Assembly (NCBI GenBank): GCA_049303795.1
Contig: JBAQNM010000005.1
Span: forward strand, 222,381-286,380
Origin: Candidatus Moraniibacteriota bacterium
GTDB taxonomy: Bacteria > Patescibacteriota > Minisyncoccia > Moranbacterales > UBA2206
DNA length: 64,000 nt
Direction of reading: 5' to 3'
This document shows positions 19,497-28,889 of the stretch, piece after piece (positions within the stretch are counted from its first letter, which is position 1; every line of letters starts with the position of its first letter). The notes under the pieces were generated by a model. That model did not search any database, had not been told where the DNA came from, and was given only the letters and a program-made list of their open reading frames with translations. The translations under genes were made by a program, and so were the position numbers.

Positions 19497-20084
19497 AGTT
19501 TATTTATTATTAATTATTTATTAATTACTCCTCTGAAAAGCTTGCAAAAGATTTGCAAACTATCGACCAGAGGTTCCAGACACTTTAGGTAGTCTTTGTT
19601 CACCCTCGACCAAGAATTGACTTTTGGTTTTCACCAATTAAATTTTTTAAACCCTCCTCTTGGAGGCACTTGCCCTTCTCTCGCGAAGGGCTTAAGTTAT
19701 TTAATTGAATAAAGAACAAAAAAAGCCAATCGTTAATTGTTATATTAAAATAACAGTCAACGATTGACTTTCAAAAGAGGAAACATTATTTCTCACCCAA
19801 GAAAATAATTCCATATCTTTAATTTACTAGCTATTCAGATTTAATTTATTTTTATAATTTTTCACTCCTAGGGCAATACTATCATTTCGAGATTTATTGT
19901 CAAGGAAAGTTGTCCACAGTTTTGGCTTGACAAAAGGGAAATTTGTGGTTTAAATTATTTTTGTGAAAATCTATCCGTAGTTTTTTTGACAAAACACATT
20001 TCCAATGCTTAAATATCACATTCGGTTCTTTTTAACGCTATTCAGCGAAATAGCACCCATACTAAACTTTTACAAGGAGACATC

Positions 20085-20450
20085 ATGATTAAGCGAATGA
20101 CGAATTTGACTCTTGCGGAGATAAGAAGACTACTGGAAGGAAAAGATCTCTCCCCCTGCAAAGGCAGTGCCAAAGGAATGATCTCAAACACACTTCCTCC
20201 TGGTGCGCTGTTAAATGAAATCGGCGCCATATTTATTAATGGCGACAATGAAGCGGAGAGTGATCTGGCTTCGCTCTTCGAAGGTGAATCTCATGGAACT
20301 AAATGCCTGGGTTACTTTTACCTTTCACAAAGAAGGCACGAGCTGGAACTAAAAACCCTCGACTTGATCATAGAGTTCGAAAGCGACCCCGCTAATGCGG
20401 AAACTATCGATTCTATAAAAACATTGATCAGGGCCCAATCCGGCAGATAA
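20085..20450 (+). CDS. hypothetical protein, GC-shifted, with a strong Shine-Dalgarno
   Basis: AAGGAGA 6 nt upstream of ATG; about 45% GC versus about 35% in the surroundings. Confidence 0.4.
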   Translation: MIKRMTNLTLAEIRRLLEGKDLSPCKGSAKGMISNTLPPGALLNEIGAIFINGDNEAESDLASLFEGESHGTKCLGYFYLSQRRHELELKTLDLIIEFESDPANAETIDSIKTLIRAQSGR

Positions 20451-20480
20451 AAATCGCCATCTCTCTTAACCAAAACCCAC

Positions 20481-20583
20481 GCCCGAGACTAACGTCCCGG
20501 GCTTCTTTATTTATAAACTCACGATGTTACAAAAAAATAAAAGCCCATACCGCAATGCGATATGGACTTCGTTTTATTTTTCG
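20481..20583. terminator. two hairpin and T/A-run terminators serving the convergent genes 20085..20450 (+) and 20601..21761 (-)
   Basis: gcccg..cgggc followed by ttctttattt, and a second stem (cccataccgc..gcgatatgg) flanked by A-run and T-run on both sides. Confidence 0.5.
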
Positions 20584-20600
20584 AAAAAAGGCAGATAAGC

Positions 20601-21761
20601 TTAACGCTCAATGCCCAGTTTTTTAAGGATTTCCGGATCTGGGAAATTGTCGAACTGCATGCCAAATGACAATCCCATCATATCCAGAAGCTCCCCAACT
20701 TCTTTCAAGGATTTACGGCCAAAATTTTTCGTCTCCATCAAGTTCTCTCTGGTTCTTTGAGCCAGCTCACCGACAAGCTTGAAACCTCCTCCTCCGCCAC
20801 CGAGACAGTTTTTTGCCCGGATTGACAGATCAGTTTCTCCGATCAAGGTATACAGCCCCTCTACCGGAAGAACAACCCTTATATCTTCCTTGATGATCGG
20901 TGGGCCGCTGGCTATTATCTGATACAGCCCTTGCAATTTATTTTTTCTTACCAGATATCGCAGTTTCCGGAGGGCTTTATGGAAAATCTGCCTGATCCTT
21001 TCTTCGGTAACCATCAAATCATCCCCTATTGCAGAGTAAGTTTTCTGCTCACAGCCAAGGCCACAACGTCTCCTGACTACCAGGATTTCCCGCTTAGTTA
21101 AATTTTCCAGCACGCTTTCGATAGTGCTAACGGCATTGAGTTTCTCATCCCAGATCGCTCCGATCTTTCGCCTTTGCGAGTTGGCCCAGCTTTTTCGCAG
21201 ATCTTTTTTGAGATCTAGCGCATTTTGCGGGACATCCGACTCATCACTTTTCGTGTAAAGATTGAGATTATCATGCCAAAGCTCAGAAGCCTCATCTGAT
21301 TGGTTTCTGCCAAAAATCATTTCAATCAGATTAACATAAGTCTGATCTTCGGCTCTGGCTTGAGGTCGGCTCAATGTCGAGGCAATATCATCGAGAATCA
21401 AAAACTCTTTTTCGACCTCCTCGATACCTAGATACTCTCCCAGCAATTCCTTGAGCATATCATCGAGATCGCTTGATATTACAAGCTTATGACGCGCAGT
21501 CATCAGACATGCATAGAACTTCAGCGCCGATGCGAAAACCTCCTCTTTAGTTTTCTTTTTAGTTCGCTTTAATCCAAGGCGATCAAGATCCAACCTAAGT
21601 GTTGTCGGATTGAGATTCAACCTCTCGGAAATCCAACGGCTTGCGATGCCGATGGAATGAAGAACTGCGATGATTGGATGCCTTTTTTCCTGGTTATCTT
21701 TAATTTCTCCCATCTTGATATCCCCTTTTCCATGAGTATGATTGAGTGTTATGAAAATCAC
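20601..21761 (-). CDS. chimeric transcription factor: sigma-70 region 3/4-like segment fused to an RNA polymerase alpha-subunit C-terminal domain (alpha-CTD)-like domain
   Basis: LTKREILVVRRRCGLGCEQKTYSAIGDDLMVTEERIRQIFHKALRKLR matches sigma-70 region 4.2. LSIRAKNCL..LVGELAQRTRENLMETKNFGRKSLKEVGELLDMMGLSFGM..NFP closely matches the alpha-CTD helix-hairpin-helix of E. coli ([48 protein letters not shown]..NWP). No sigma region 2 is seen. GC-shifted. Confidence 0.6.
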   Translation of the reverse strand: MIFITLNHTHGKGDIKMGEIKDNQEKRHPIIAVLHSIGIASRWISERLNLNPTTLRLDLDRLGLKRTKKKTKEEVFASALKFYACLMTARHKLVISSDLDDMLKELLGEYLGIEEVEKEFLILDDIASTLSRPQARAEDQTYVNLIEMIFGRNQSDEASELWHDNLNLYTKSDESDVPQNALDLKKDLRKSWANSQRRKIGAIWDEKLNAVSTIESVLENLTKREILVVRRRCGLGCEQKTYSAIGDDLMVTEERIRQIFHKALRKLRYLVRKNKLQGLYQIIASGPPIIKEDIRVVLPVEGLYTLIGETDLSIRAKNCLGGGGGGFKLVGELAQRTRENLMETKNFGRKSLKEVGELLDMMGLSFGMQFDNFPDPEILKKLGIER

Positions 21762-21940
21762 TTATCCGTTTTTTTATATATTCATTTGTTCAGGTACAAT
21801 CATCTATACTAACGCGTGATAGTAACATAATTATATAAATTTGTCAAACAAAAATTTAACTAGTAAAAAATTTCTTGAGTAAAGTTTGGCTTAATGATAA
21901 TATAATAGAAAGTAGGCATACTTAAATTAATCTTACCAAG

Positions 21941-23713
21941 ATGACAAATGACAAAAAAAATCTCAACAGTACCGAAATAAAAACTACTAATGCTGACCGA
22001 ACAAAAGCCAAAAAAGATCCAACGGAACAAAGATCGGAAAAATTGGACAAGATTAATCATAGCTTGTCTTCTTTTAACGCTCAAAATAATCAAAATATTG
22101 AAGAAGTTGAAAGTACTAGAAAACGAGAATTTGAAAGCAAGCTAGATCAACTAGGAATTGCAGAAATTCCAGTCAGCGAAGAAACGAAAAAGTTGATTCG
22201 TCAAAATATGGTGAGCGATACGATTGATCATGCGAAAAAAGAAAACGAACGTTTCGATCGACTTAAGATAGACAAAATAATTCTAGAGAATATAGACCAG
22301 CCAGATTCACAATTGATAAAAAGGCTTTTCGCAAAAAATGATGCTGAAATATCTGAAGATGTATTTCATAAAAGTCTAGAAAAATTAAGCAAGACAAATA
22401 TAAAATTAGAACCTCGCGAACGAATAGAAATTTTCCGCGAAGCGCTAGAATATTTTAGTAGGGAGGAAAAAGTGATCTACCCTGTTGGTCATGCTACAGG
22501 CTCTGATTCTCTTAGAATGATCATAAAAGATGGGTCTATTAAAGAAGGTGGCACCGGAGAACACGGAGAAGCTGCGGGACAATCTCGCGGAGGAAAACAG
22601 CAAGGCGTTTCCGTGGCGGAAATGAATCACGAAATGGCCGATTATGTCGAAATTTTTTATGCAAGAATGGCAGCAAATAGAGAAATTACAAAAGAAGCAT
22701 TAGAAATTGACGCAGATATTATTGATGGAAAAAATCCAATAGAAGACTTTATAGAAATTTATGTAGAGTTTACAGACACTGATAAGCTTCTAGGATCCAT
22801 GGCGAATAGAAGTGATAATGATATTGATTCTATAAAACTAAAAATCGCTCAAGAAATTGGAAAAAAACCTCGTGAAATAACTCATGAAGATATTAAAAAA
22901 AGCAAAATACTAGAGGAAATACTTTTTGGCTTCATAAAAAAAGCGGCGGGAAGAAAGCACTACATGACTGCAGAAAGAGCAAGTAGGGATTATGTCGCAT
23001 TTGATTCTATTATTAAAAACTGTGAGAAATGTAAGAATGGTGAATTTCCCGAAATAACCTTTAATGGAAAAATATATAAAGATCCTGATGAAATTATTAA
23101 TCTAAAACATGGAATATACGAACTTGAAGATGATGATCTGCCAGAAAAGAAAATACTGATTGAAATGCAGAACGAATACGCCTATTTTCTTCGACCATAT
23201 TTTGATCAAGAAAGTGGAGAATGGATGGAGCCACGCTATTCCATTTCTGAATTTAGATCTAGGAGTAGTGAAATATTGGGAGAATATGCAAAATGGATAA
23301 AAGAAGGAGAAACTTTCAAAACATTAACGATGCTTCACCCGCTAGAAAGCGACTCCGAAGATGTAAAAAGAAAAAAAATAGCGAGATTAAAGGAATTAGA
23401 TAATCAATTTCCTAGCATATTAGTCATTGAAGCAGATGAATATAAAAAAAATGGCCTAACGCATACGGAAAAAGAAGGAAGTCGTCCAGTCCCCTTTTTT
23501 GAGGTTGAAGAAAGAATTATGTCTGATATTTCTCTTTCAAACATTAAAGAAATAATAATTCCAAGATCAAAAATCGATGAAATAAAAAAGTGGCTGACAG
23601 AATCTGGAATCAAAGAAAACAATATGCCAAGAATGGTCGCATTTGAATACTTTGAAATTAAACGCCTATTAAACCATCAATTAAAAGAGCTTACAAGAAA
23701 AATCCAAGCGTAG
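21941..23713 (+). CDS. hypothetical 590-aa Lys/Glu-rich protein
   Basis: Long ORF with no recognised family; the stop codon overlaps the 3' end of tRNA-Glu on the opposite strand. Confidence 0.45.
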   Translation: MTNDKKNLNSTEIKTTNADRTKAKKDPTEQRSEKLDKINHSLSSFNAQNNQNIEEVESTRKREFESKLDQLGIAEIPVSEETKKLIRQNMVSDTIDHAKKENERFDRLKIDKIILENIDQPDSQLIKRLFAKNDAEISEDVFHKSLEKLSKTNIKLEPRERIEIFREALEYFSREEKVIYPVGHATGSDSLRMIIKDGSIKEGGTGEHGEAAGQSRGGKQQGVSVAEMNHEMADYVEIFYARMAANREITKEALEIDADIIDGKNPIEDFIEIYVEFTDTDKLLGSMANRSDNDIDSIKLKIAQEIGKKPREITHEDIKKSKILEEILFGFIKKAAGRKHYMTAERASRDYVAFDSIIKNCEKCKNGEFPEITFNGKIYKDPDEIINLKHGIYELEDDDLPEKKILIEMQNEYAYFLRPYFDQESGEWMEPRYSISEFRSRSSEILGEYAKWIKEGETFKTLTMLHPLESDSEDVKRKKIARLKELDNQFPSILVIEADEYKKNGLTHTEKEGSRPVPFFEVEERIMSDISLSNIKEIIIPRSKIDEIKKWLTESGIKENNMPRMVAFEYFEIKRLLNHQLKELTRKIQA

Positions 23714-23782
23714 CCTCAAGGGGAATCGGACCCCTGTTTTCAGGATGAGAACCTGATGTCCTAGCCGCTAGACGATGAGGCC
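23711..23782 (-). tRNA. tRNA-Glu (anticodon CTC)
   Basis: Reverse complement reads GGCCTCATCGTCTAGCGGCTAGGACATCAGGTTCTCATCCTGAAAACAGGGGTCCGATTCCCCTTGAGGCTA: 7-bp acceptor stem, D-arm, anticodon loop TTCTCAT and T-arm GGTCCGATTCC. No encoded CCA. Confidence 0.85.
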
Positions 23783-23825
23783 AATAAATTTAGTACTAAG
23801 TAGAGTTTATCTTTAGTTGGACGAT

Positions 23826-23913
23826 AGACCTGCCCGCAATGCTACGCCCGCCAGCAACGCTTCGCGTAGCAATGCGGGCTGGCATAGCGTTGCAGGCGGG
23901 CGATGAGGCCAAT
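23826..23913. repeat. GC-rich nested inverted-repeat (pseudoknot-topology) element followed by a 13-nt direct repeat of the tRNA-Glu 5' end
   Basis: 16-nt stem A (23832-47) with A' (23864-79), and 16-nt stem B (23845-60) with B' (23887-902), each with one mismatch, arranged A-B-A'-B'. cgatgaggccaat occurs at 23773-85 (the tRNA 5' end) and again at 23901-13. Confidence 0.6.
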
Positions 23914-24119
23914 GAAACATATTTTAAAATAAAACCTACAAAATTCAGTTTAGCAACAATCTTTAAAAATATCAAGAGTTTAAAAATTGCATTGGTTAAT
24001 ATATTCTGACTTGCTTCGCCATATTCAATAAATAAAAAACAAGCATTATCTCAACCAAGATAACGCTTGTTTTATTTTTTCAGCCAGATTAAGACCCAGC
24101 TAACTCATCAATCCCTAAT

Positions 24120-27100
24120 TTATTTTTTGTAAGAAAGATAGAGTTTATATCCACGATATTTTTTGTAGAGCTTGAGATCATTTTGAGTTTTTAGGCTCAA
24201 CTTGATAATCTCTTTATTTCCAACTTTTTTATATTGCCCATACACCGCCTTTAATCTTTCGAACTCCGCCATATTTGTTGTTCTGAGATTTTTTACTTGG
24301 GCATAGATAGCTTTATTAGCAGCGCTCTTATATTTTCTTTTGTATTCCTTGTATAGCTTACATTTTTTTCCACAAGAATCGTCATTATCATTACTATTGC
24401 TACTTCCACTACTTATTGAAGGCGTGCTTGACCCTGAAGCAAATTTGGTCGCATGGTTCGTTTGGAATGTACAATTTCCGCCACTTACTAGGCAAGTTGT
24501 TTCCAAATTCCAAGCAGTTTCACCATCAAATTGATAATAAACATTAAGTGTTTGGCCGTTATAGGCTGTTCCAACTGGAATAGTAATTGTAATGGCTGGA
24601 TTAAATGTAAGTCTAATGCTTGGCAAACCAATCCTGATTGCACCTGCTACATCAGTTGTTAAATCATTATTAAGATTGACTGTCACATCCTCTATGGTCA
24701 TCAGGGCCATATTTATATTTCCTCCTCCAGTTTTAGTCATTTCCGTTCCCGCTGGAAAAAATACGGTAGCGTCTCCTGTTTCCAATGTGAAATCAACATT
24801 AAATGTAATTTCAGGAGTATCAGTCGGATCTCCGCCTTCAGCACTAATATCTCCGACTAGAAAAGCGCCTTGCATTTTATCTCCAGCGCCTGAAGCTGAA
24901 TAATTATATGTTTCTTCCATGACAACTCCTTTGTTTCCAACATTATCATACGAGACTGCTTTCAAGGTTACTGAATCATGATCACTAGAAAGGTTGATGG
25001 TAATTGGACCAGAGACAGCGTCATCTTCATCATCCGGTTCACTTCCATTTAAGGTGTAATAAGTACCAGTAGCATCTCCAGCAACGTTGATCGTGACTAG
25101 TTGAGAATAGGCGTAGTCGCCACTGGCAGGAGAGGCGGTTGGGGCATTTGGACCATCCCCATCAATAATGAAATTTGTAACCCAAGAACTTGATGTATCA
25201 AATGAATTTCCAGCTAAATCCTCAACTGACACAGCTATTCCGGTTGCCTGTGAGGTATCAACATTTGTAAAAATACATTTTCCTTCGCCACTATCATAGG
25301 CGTCTGTCACTGTAATAGCAGAACTAGCTCCATTATTTACTGAATAACGACAAGTTACAGGATTAATTCCTGATCCAGTGTCAAAAACCGGAGCAGAGAT
25401 TGTGGATAAATTAGAAATAATAAATGGATTACCAGGAGTAAATGGAGTAATTAAAATTTCTCCTACTATCGGCGCAACATTAGTATCAACATCAAATGTA
25501 TGACTTGAATCTTCGACCATCTCATTACCAGCCTCATCTTGAGCCACACTAATAGTTATTGTTTTTGTTTCAAATGTATCGGTCGGCACAGCATAGTTAA
25601 AGAAAAATTCTCTTTGGCCAGGACCTTGCTGAGTAACAGATTGAGCATCACCGCTTACTGTAATTGTCGGGGTATAAGAAATATCCTCATCAAATATTAC
25701 TGTTATTTTTTGAGGACTTGATGTTGATGAATCATAGCTAGCTCCGTCTGAGTCAACTGAAGAAATGGTTGGTTTAGTTGTATCAATCACATATGATCTG
25801 TTATAGCCAAGTGAATGTTCTGAATTAGGAGTAGCCAATTCCAATACTGCATCATTGCCAGCCTCGTCCATAATAGTGCCCGCGAAATCATGTGCTGCAC
25901 GCAAAGCATCAGTACCACTATAATCAAGATTGGCTGAAGCATCTCCTGATATGACAGTATATTCAAATACCAGTGTATCCGTGCCAGATCCGCTCGTATA
26001 ATTCACCCATCGATTATTTTCCGTAACCCACAGAGCTAATTGTGGAGTGCCTGTCACGTTAACATTTTCACTAAAAGAAATTTCGATTGGTATCACAGTT
26101 CCAGCTCCATAAGTACCAACGGGATAGACTGATGTTACATTCGTAACTGTTGGCGCGATATCCTCAAAAAATTTCATTACTGTAGCTTTATTGCTATTTG
26201 CACCGTCCCTAAACATAACATAGGGTTTATTTGTTATCGGATCAAAGGCAATTCTGACCCTAGAAGCACCATATTCGGAAAACCCATCAACTCCGACTTT
26301 TGACCAATTTAAACCATCATATGTTGCTACTACAGCTTTATTATCATTATCATTATCAGTATAAGACACATATACATTATTACTTACTAAATCAAATGCA
26401 ATATGTGGGGTATATTTAGTGCCTGTTCCACCACCCCATAATCCATCTCCAACATTAACCCAATTAGAGCCATCAAATTTTTTTATTCCCTCAGCACTCC
26501 CTCCTCCACCATATTGATAGACGACATATGGTTCATCGGTATCAGGGTTAAAAGACATAGATGGATATCTTCCGTTTGTATTATTTAGTGTTTCTACATC
26601 ACTTCCAACTTGAGTCCATACTCCGCTATCTAATTTCATCACTATTATTTTATGATAAGTATTTACCCAATTATCATCATCCTGGTATTCCTTCTCTATT
26701 AAAACATATGGATCTTTGGCTATTGGACTAAAGGCGATTTGCCAAGTATCGTAACGAAAATTAGTAGCACTGTTTTCGTCATCCACATCAACATTTGTGC
26801 TTGCCCCACCAATATCATCCCAGTCTGAAGTTATTTCGTTGAATTTTTTTATACGAGCACCATGAAGTGTTAATGATGCATCGGGAATTCCCATAACATA
26901 GACCTCTTCCGTTCCTGGTTTAAAAGCTATTGATGCATAGCTCTCTTGTGATAAATCAAACATACGACTACCTACATATTCCCATGAAGTGCCATCGAAC
27001 TTCATAACACTTGTTTCTTGTGGTGAAAAAGCCCCAGTACTATCTCTGAAAGCCACATATGGTTCCCCCGTAATAGGATTAAAGGCCAAGGAAGGCCAAG

Positions 27101-27413
27101 GAAAATCTGTACTCCCTTCATTGAAACCAACATTGCCAACATTAACCCAGTTGCTACCATCATATTTCATAACAGAAATAAGGTTGGATGTTCCATCAGC
27201 AAATACAACATATGGCTCATTAGTAATTGGATTAAATACAATATCTCCATTATTAGCCACTCCTGTTCCAAATCCAGCTTGTCCAACAACTCCCCATACA
27301 TTTATTTCTGCTTTTGCCTTTCCGATTCCGCCAATAAAAAAACCAGCCACCAAAAAAACAAAAATGACTGACTTAATTAGAGCACAATAAAACTCTTGAT
27401 TTTTTTGTTTCAT
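24120..27413 (-). CDS. 1097-aa secreted cell-surface protein: beta-propeller-like repeats, Ig-like/beta-sandwich domains, Lys/Tyr-rich C-terminal tail
   Basis: Signal/anchor helix; about 8 repeats of NPITxEPYV.F.D...SVMK.DGSNW..VG (propeller blades); C-terminal KKCKLYKEYKRKYK...KKYRGYKLYLSYKK. Confidence 0.55.
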   Translation of the reverse strand: MKQKNQEFYCALIKSVIFVFLVAGFFIGGIGKAKAEINVWGVVGQAGFGTGVANNGDIVFNPITNEPYVVFADGTSNLISVMKYDGSNWVNVGNVGFNEGSTDFPWPSLAFNPITGEPYVAFRDSTGAFSPQETSVMKFDGTSWEYVGSRMFDLSQESYASIAFKPGTEEVYVMGIPDASLTLHGARIKKFNEITSDWDDIGGASTNVDVDDENSATNFRYDTWQIAFSPIAKDPYVLIEKEYQDDDNWVNTYHKIIVMKLDSGVWTQVGSDVETLNNTNGRYPSMSFNPDTDEPYVVYQYGGGGSAEGIKKFDGSNWVNVGDGLWGGGTGTKYTPHIAFDLVSNNVYVSYTDNDNDNKAVVATYDGLNWSKVGVDGFSEYGASRVRIAFDPITNKPYVMFRDGANSNKATVMKFFEDIAPTVTNVTSVYPVGTYGAGTVIPIEISFSENVNVTGTPQLALWVTENNRWVNYTSGSGTDTLVFEYTVISGDASANLDYSGTDALRAAHDFAGTIMDEAGNDAVLELATPNSEHSLGYNRSYVIDTTKPTISSVDSDGASYDSSTSSPQKITVIFDEDISYTPTITVSGDAQSVTQQGPGQREFFFNYAVPTDTFETKTITISVAQDEAGNEMVEDSSHTFDVDTNVAPIVGEILITPFTPGNPFIISNLSTISAPVFDTGSGINPVTCRYSVNNGASSAITVTDAYDSGEGKCIFTNVDTSQATGIAVSVEDLAGNSFDTSSSWVTNFIIDGDGPNAPTASPASGDYAYSQLVTINVAGDATGTYYTLNGSEPDDEDDAVSGPITINLSSDHDSVTLKAVSYDNVGNKGVVMEETYNYSASGAGDKMQGAFLVGDISAEGGDPTDTPEITFNVDFTLETGDATVFFPAGTEMTKTGGGNINMALMTIEDVTVNLNNDLTTDVAGAIRIGLPSIRLTFNPAITITIPVGTAYNGQTLNVYYQFDGETAWNLETTCLVSGGNCTFQTNHATKFASGSSTPSISSGSSNSNDNDDSCGKKCKLYKEYKRKYKSAANKAIYAQVKNLRTTNMAEFERLKAVYGQYKKVGNKEIIKLSLKTQNDLKLYKKYRGYKLYLSYKK

Positions 27414-27515
27414 TTTTTTAATTTTTTATTATAAATTATTTTTACAATTTTATTATACCACGCCTTGCCTATTTTTCAAAACTAAAAGATAATCCCTTCT
27501 CTTAGAAGGCTAAAT

Positions 27516-28802
27516 TTAAATTCTTTTCCGCACTAAACTCATCACCTCTAAAATTTGATCGAATTCAAAATAATACCGCTGATCATGTCCGCCATTGGCA
27601 ACGGTTACCTCTTTTTTAGTATGATCAAGAATTCTTTTAATTTTGAGCGAGATATTTTTTTCCAGAGTAATAGCTTCCAATTCATCGCCAACAGAAACTT
27701 GATTATGCACACGCAAAATATTTAAATAACTTTCCACACCCTCAACCTCACCCACAAATTGAAATCTAGCCAGATTATTTTTATTTTCAAAATTATGTGC
27801 CGGCTCACTACCCAGGAGAAATCCCGTCGAATATCCTCGATGAATCAGATTATCCAATTCCTCTTTTTGAGCTTGAATAATTTTTTTTAGTTTTTCTCTT
27901 GAAACTCCAGTTTCAATTGCACGAATCACTGTGCGATAAGCTCTTGTAACAATCGCCAAATAATAGGCACTTTTAGCGCGACCTTCAATTTTCAGCGAAC
28001 ACACTCCTGCATTAATTAGCTTATCGACATGCTCGATTAAATTCATATCATAACTATTGAAAAAATGCGTGCCATGCCTGTCCTCCTCGATATCCATCTC
28101 GAATCTTTTTTGATCATCGACAATGCTTATTTTTTTGACTTCCTGATACGCCCAACGGCAAGGTTGCGAGCAATCGCCCAAATTAGCACTGCGTTCCGTC
28201 ATCCATTTAGATAAAATACAGCGACCGGAATAACTCATACACATGGCGCCATGCACAAAATATTCCAAATCAATTTTTTTTGTTTTTTTTCTTATCTCTC
28301 TAATTTCAGCCAAAGTCACTTCGCGGGCCAAAATAATTCTTTTCACGCCTTGCTTTTTCCAAAAATCAACTGCGGAAAAATTTGTTGCGTTGGCTTGCGT
28401 GGAAAGATGAATTTCCGCCTTTGGCCAATATTTTTGAATAAGTAAGATTATTCCCGGATCACTGACAATAATTGCGTCAACTTTCAGTTTTCTTAGAAAC
28501 AAAATATGCGCTTTGATTTTTTCCAAATGCTGATTGTGCGCATAAATATTTAGCGTTACATAAATTTTTTTCTTAAGTTTATGGGTATATTTCACTGCTT
28601 CTTTTAAATCTTCAGCGGAAAAACGATTAATTCTCACCCGCAAAGAAAAATCCGGCACGCCACAATAAACCGCGTCCGCACCATAATGCAAGGCATATTT
28701 CAGTTTTTGCAAGTCTCCTGCCGGCGCGAGCAATTCGACTTTTGTCTTTTTTTTGCTTTGGCGAGGCAAGCCCGCCGAAGCTAAAAGTTCGATTTTTTTC
28801 AT
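27516..28802 (-). CDS. peptidase U32 family protein (collagenase-like / tRNA-modification-associated U32)
   Basis: U32 core (..YCGVPDFSLRV.. TIM-barrel part, ..E.HGTHFFNSYDMN..); N-terminal internal duplication KIELLASAG / KVELLAPAGD. Confidence 0.75.
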   Translation of the reverse strand: MKKIELLASAGLPRQSKKKTKVELLAPAGDLQKLKYALHYGADAVYCGVPDFSLRVRINRFSAEDLKEAVKYTHKLKKKIYVTLNIYAHNQHLEKIKAHILFLRKLKVDAIIVSDPGIILLIQKYWPKAEIHLSTQANATNFSAVDFWKKQGVKRIILAREVTLAEIREIRKKTKKIDLEYFVHGAMCMSYSGRCILSKWMTERSANLGDCSQPCRWAYQEVKKISIVDDQKRFEMDIEEDRHGTHFFNSYDMNLIEHVDKLINAGVCSLKIEGRAKSAYYLAIVTRAYRTVIRAIETGVSREKLKKIIQAQKEELDNLIHRGYSTGFLLGSEPAHNFENKNNLARFQFVGEVEGVESYLNILRVHNQVSVGDELEAITLEKNISLKIKRILDHTKKEVTVANGGHDQRYYFEFDQILEVMSLVRKRI

Positions 28803-28889
28803 ATTGCTTTAAATTTAAACTAATCTAACAAAAAGAGCAAACCTTTTGTCTACTCTTGAATATAAATTATTTAACGATTTAATCCTATT

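Noticed and set aside
19540-19700. A c-di-GMP (GEMM) riboswitch upstream of the TasA-like gene, appealing given the biofilm-matrix analogy.
   Set aside because: I could not align the GEMM-I or GEMM-II conserved cores to either strand by eye. Only generic hairpins are evident, so it is reported only as a structured leader.
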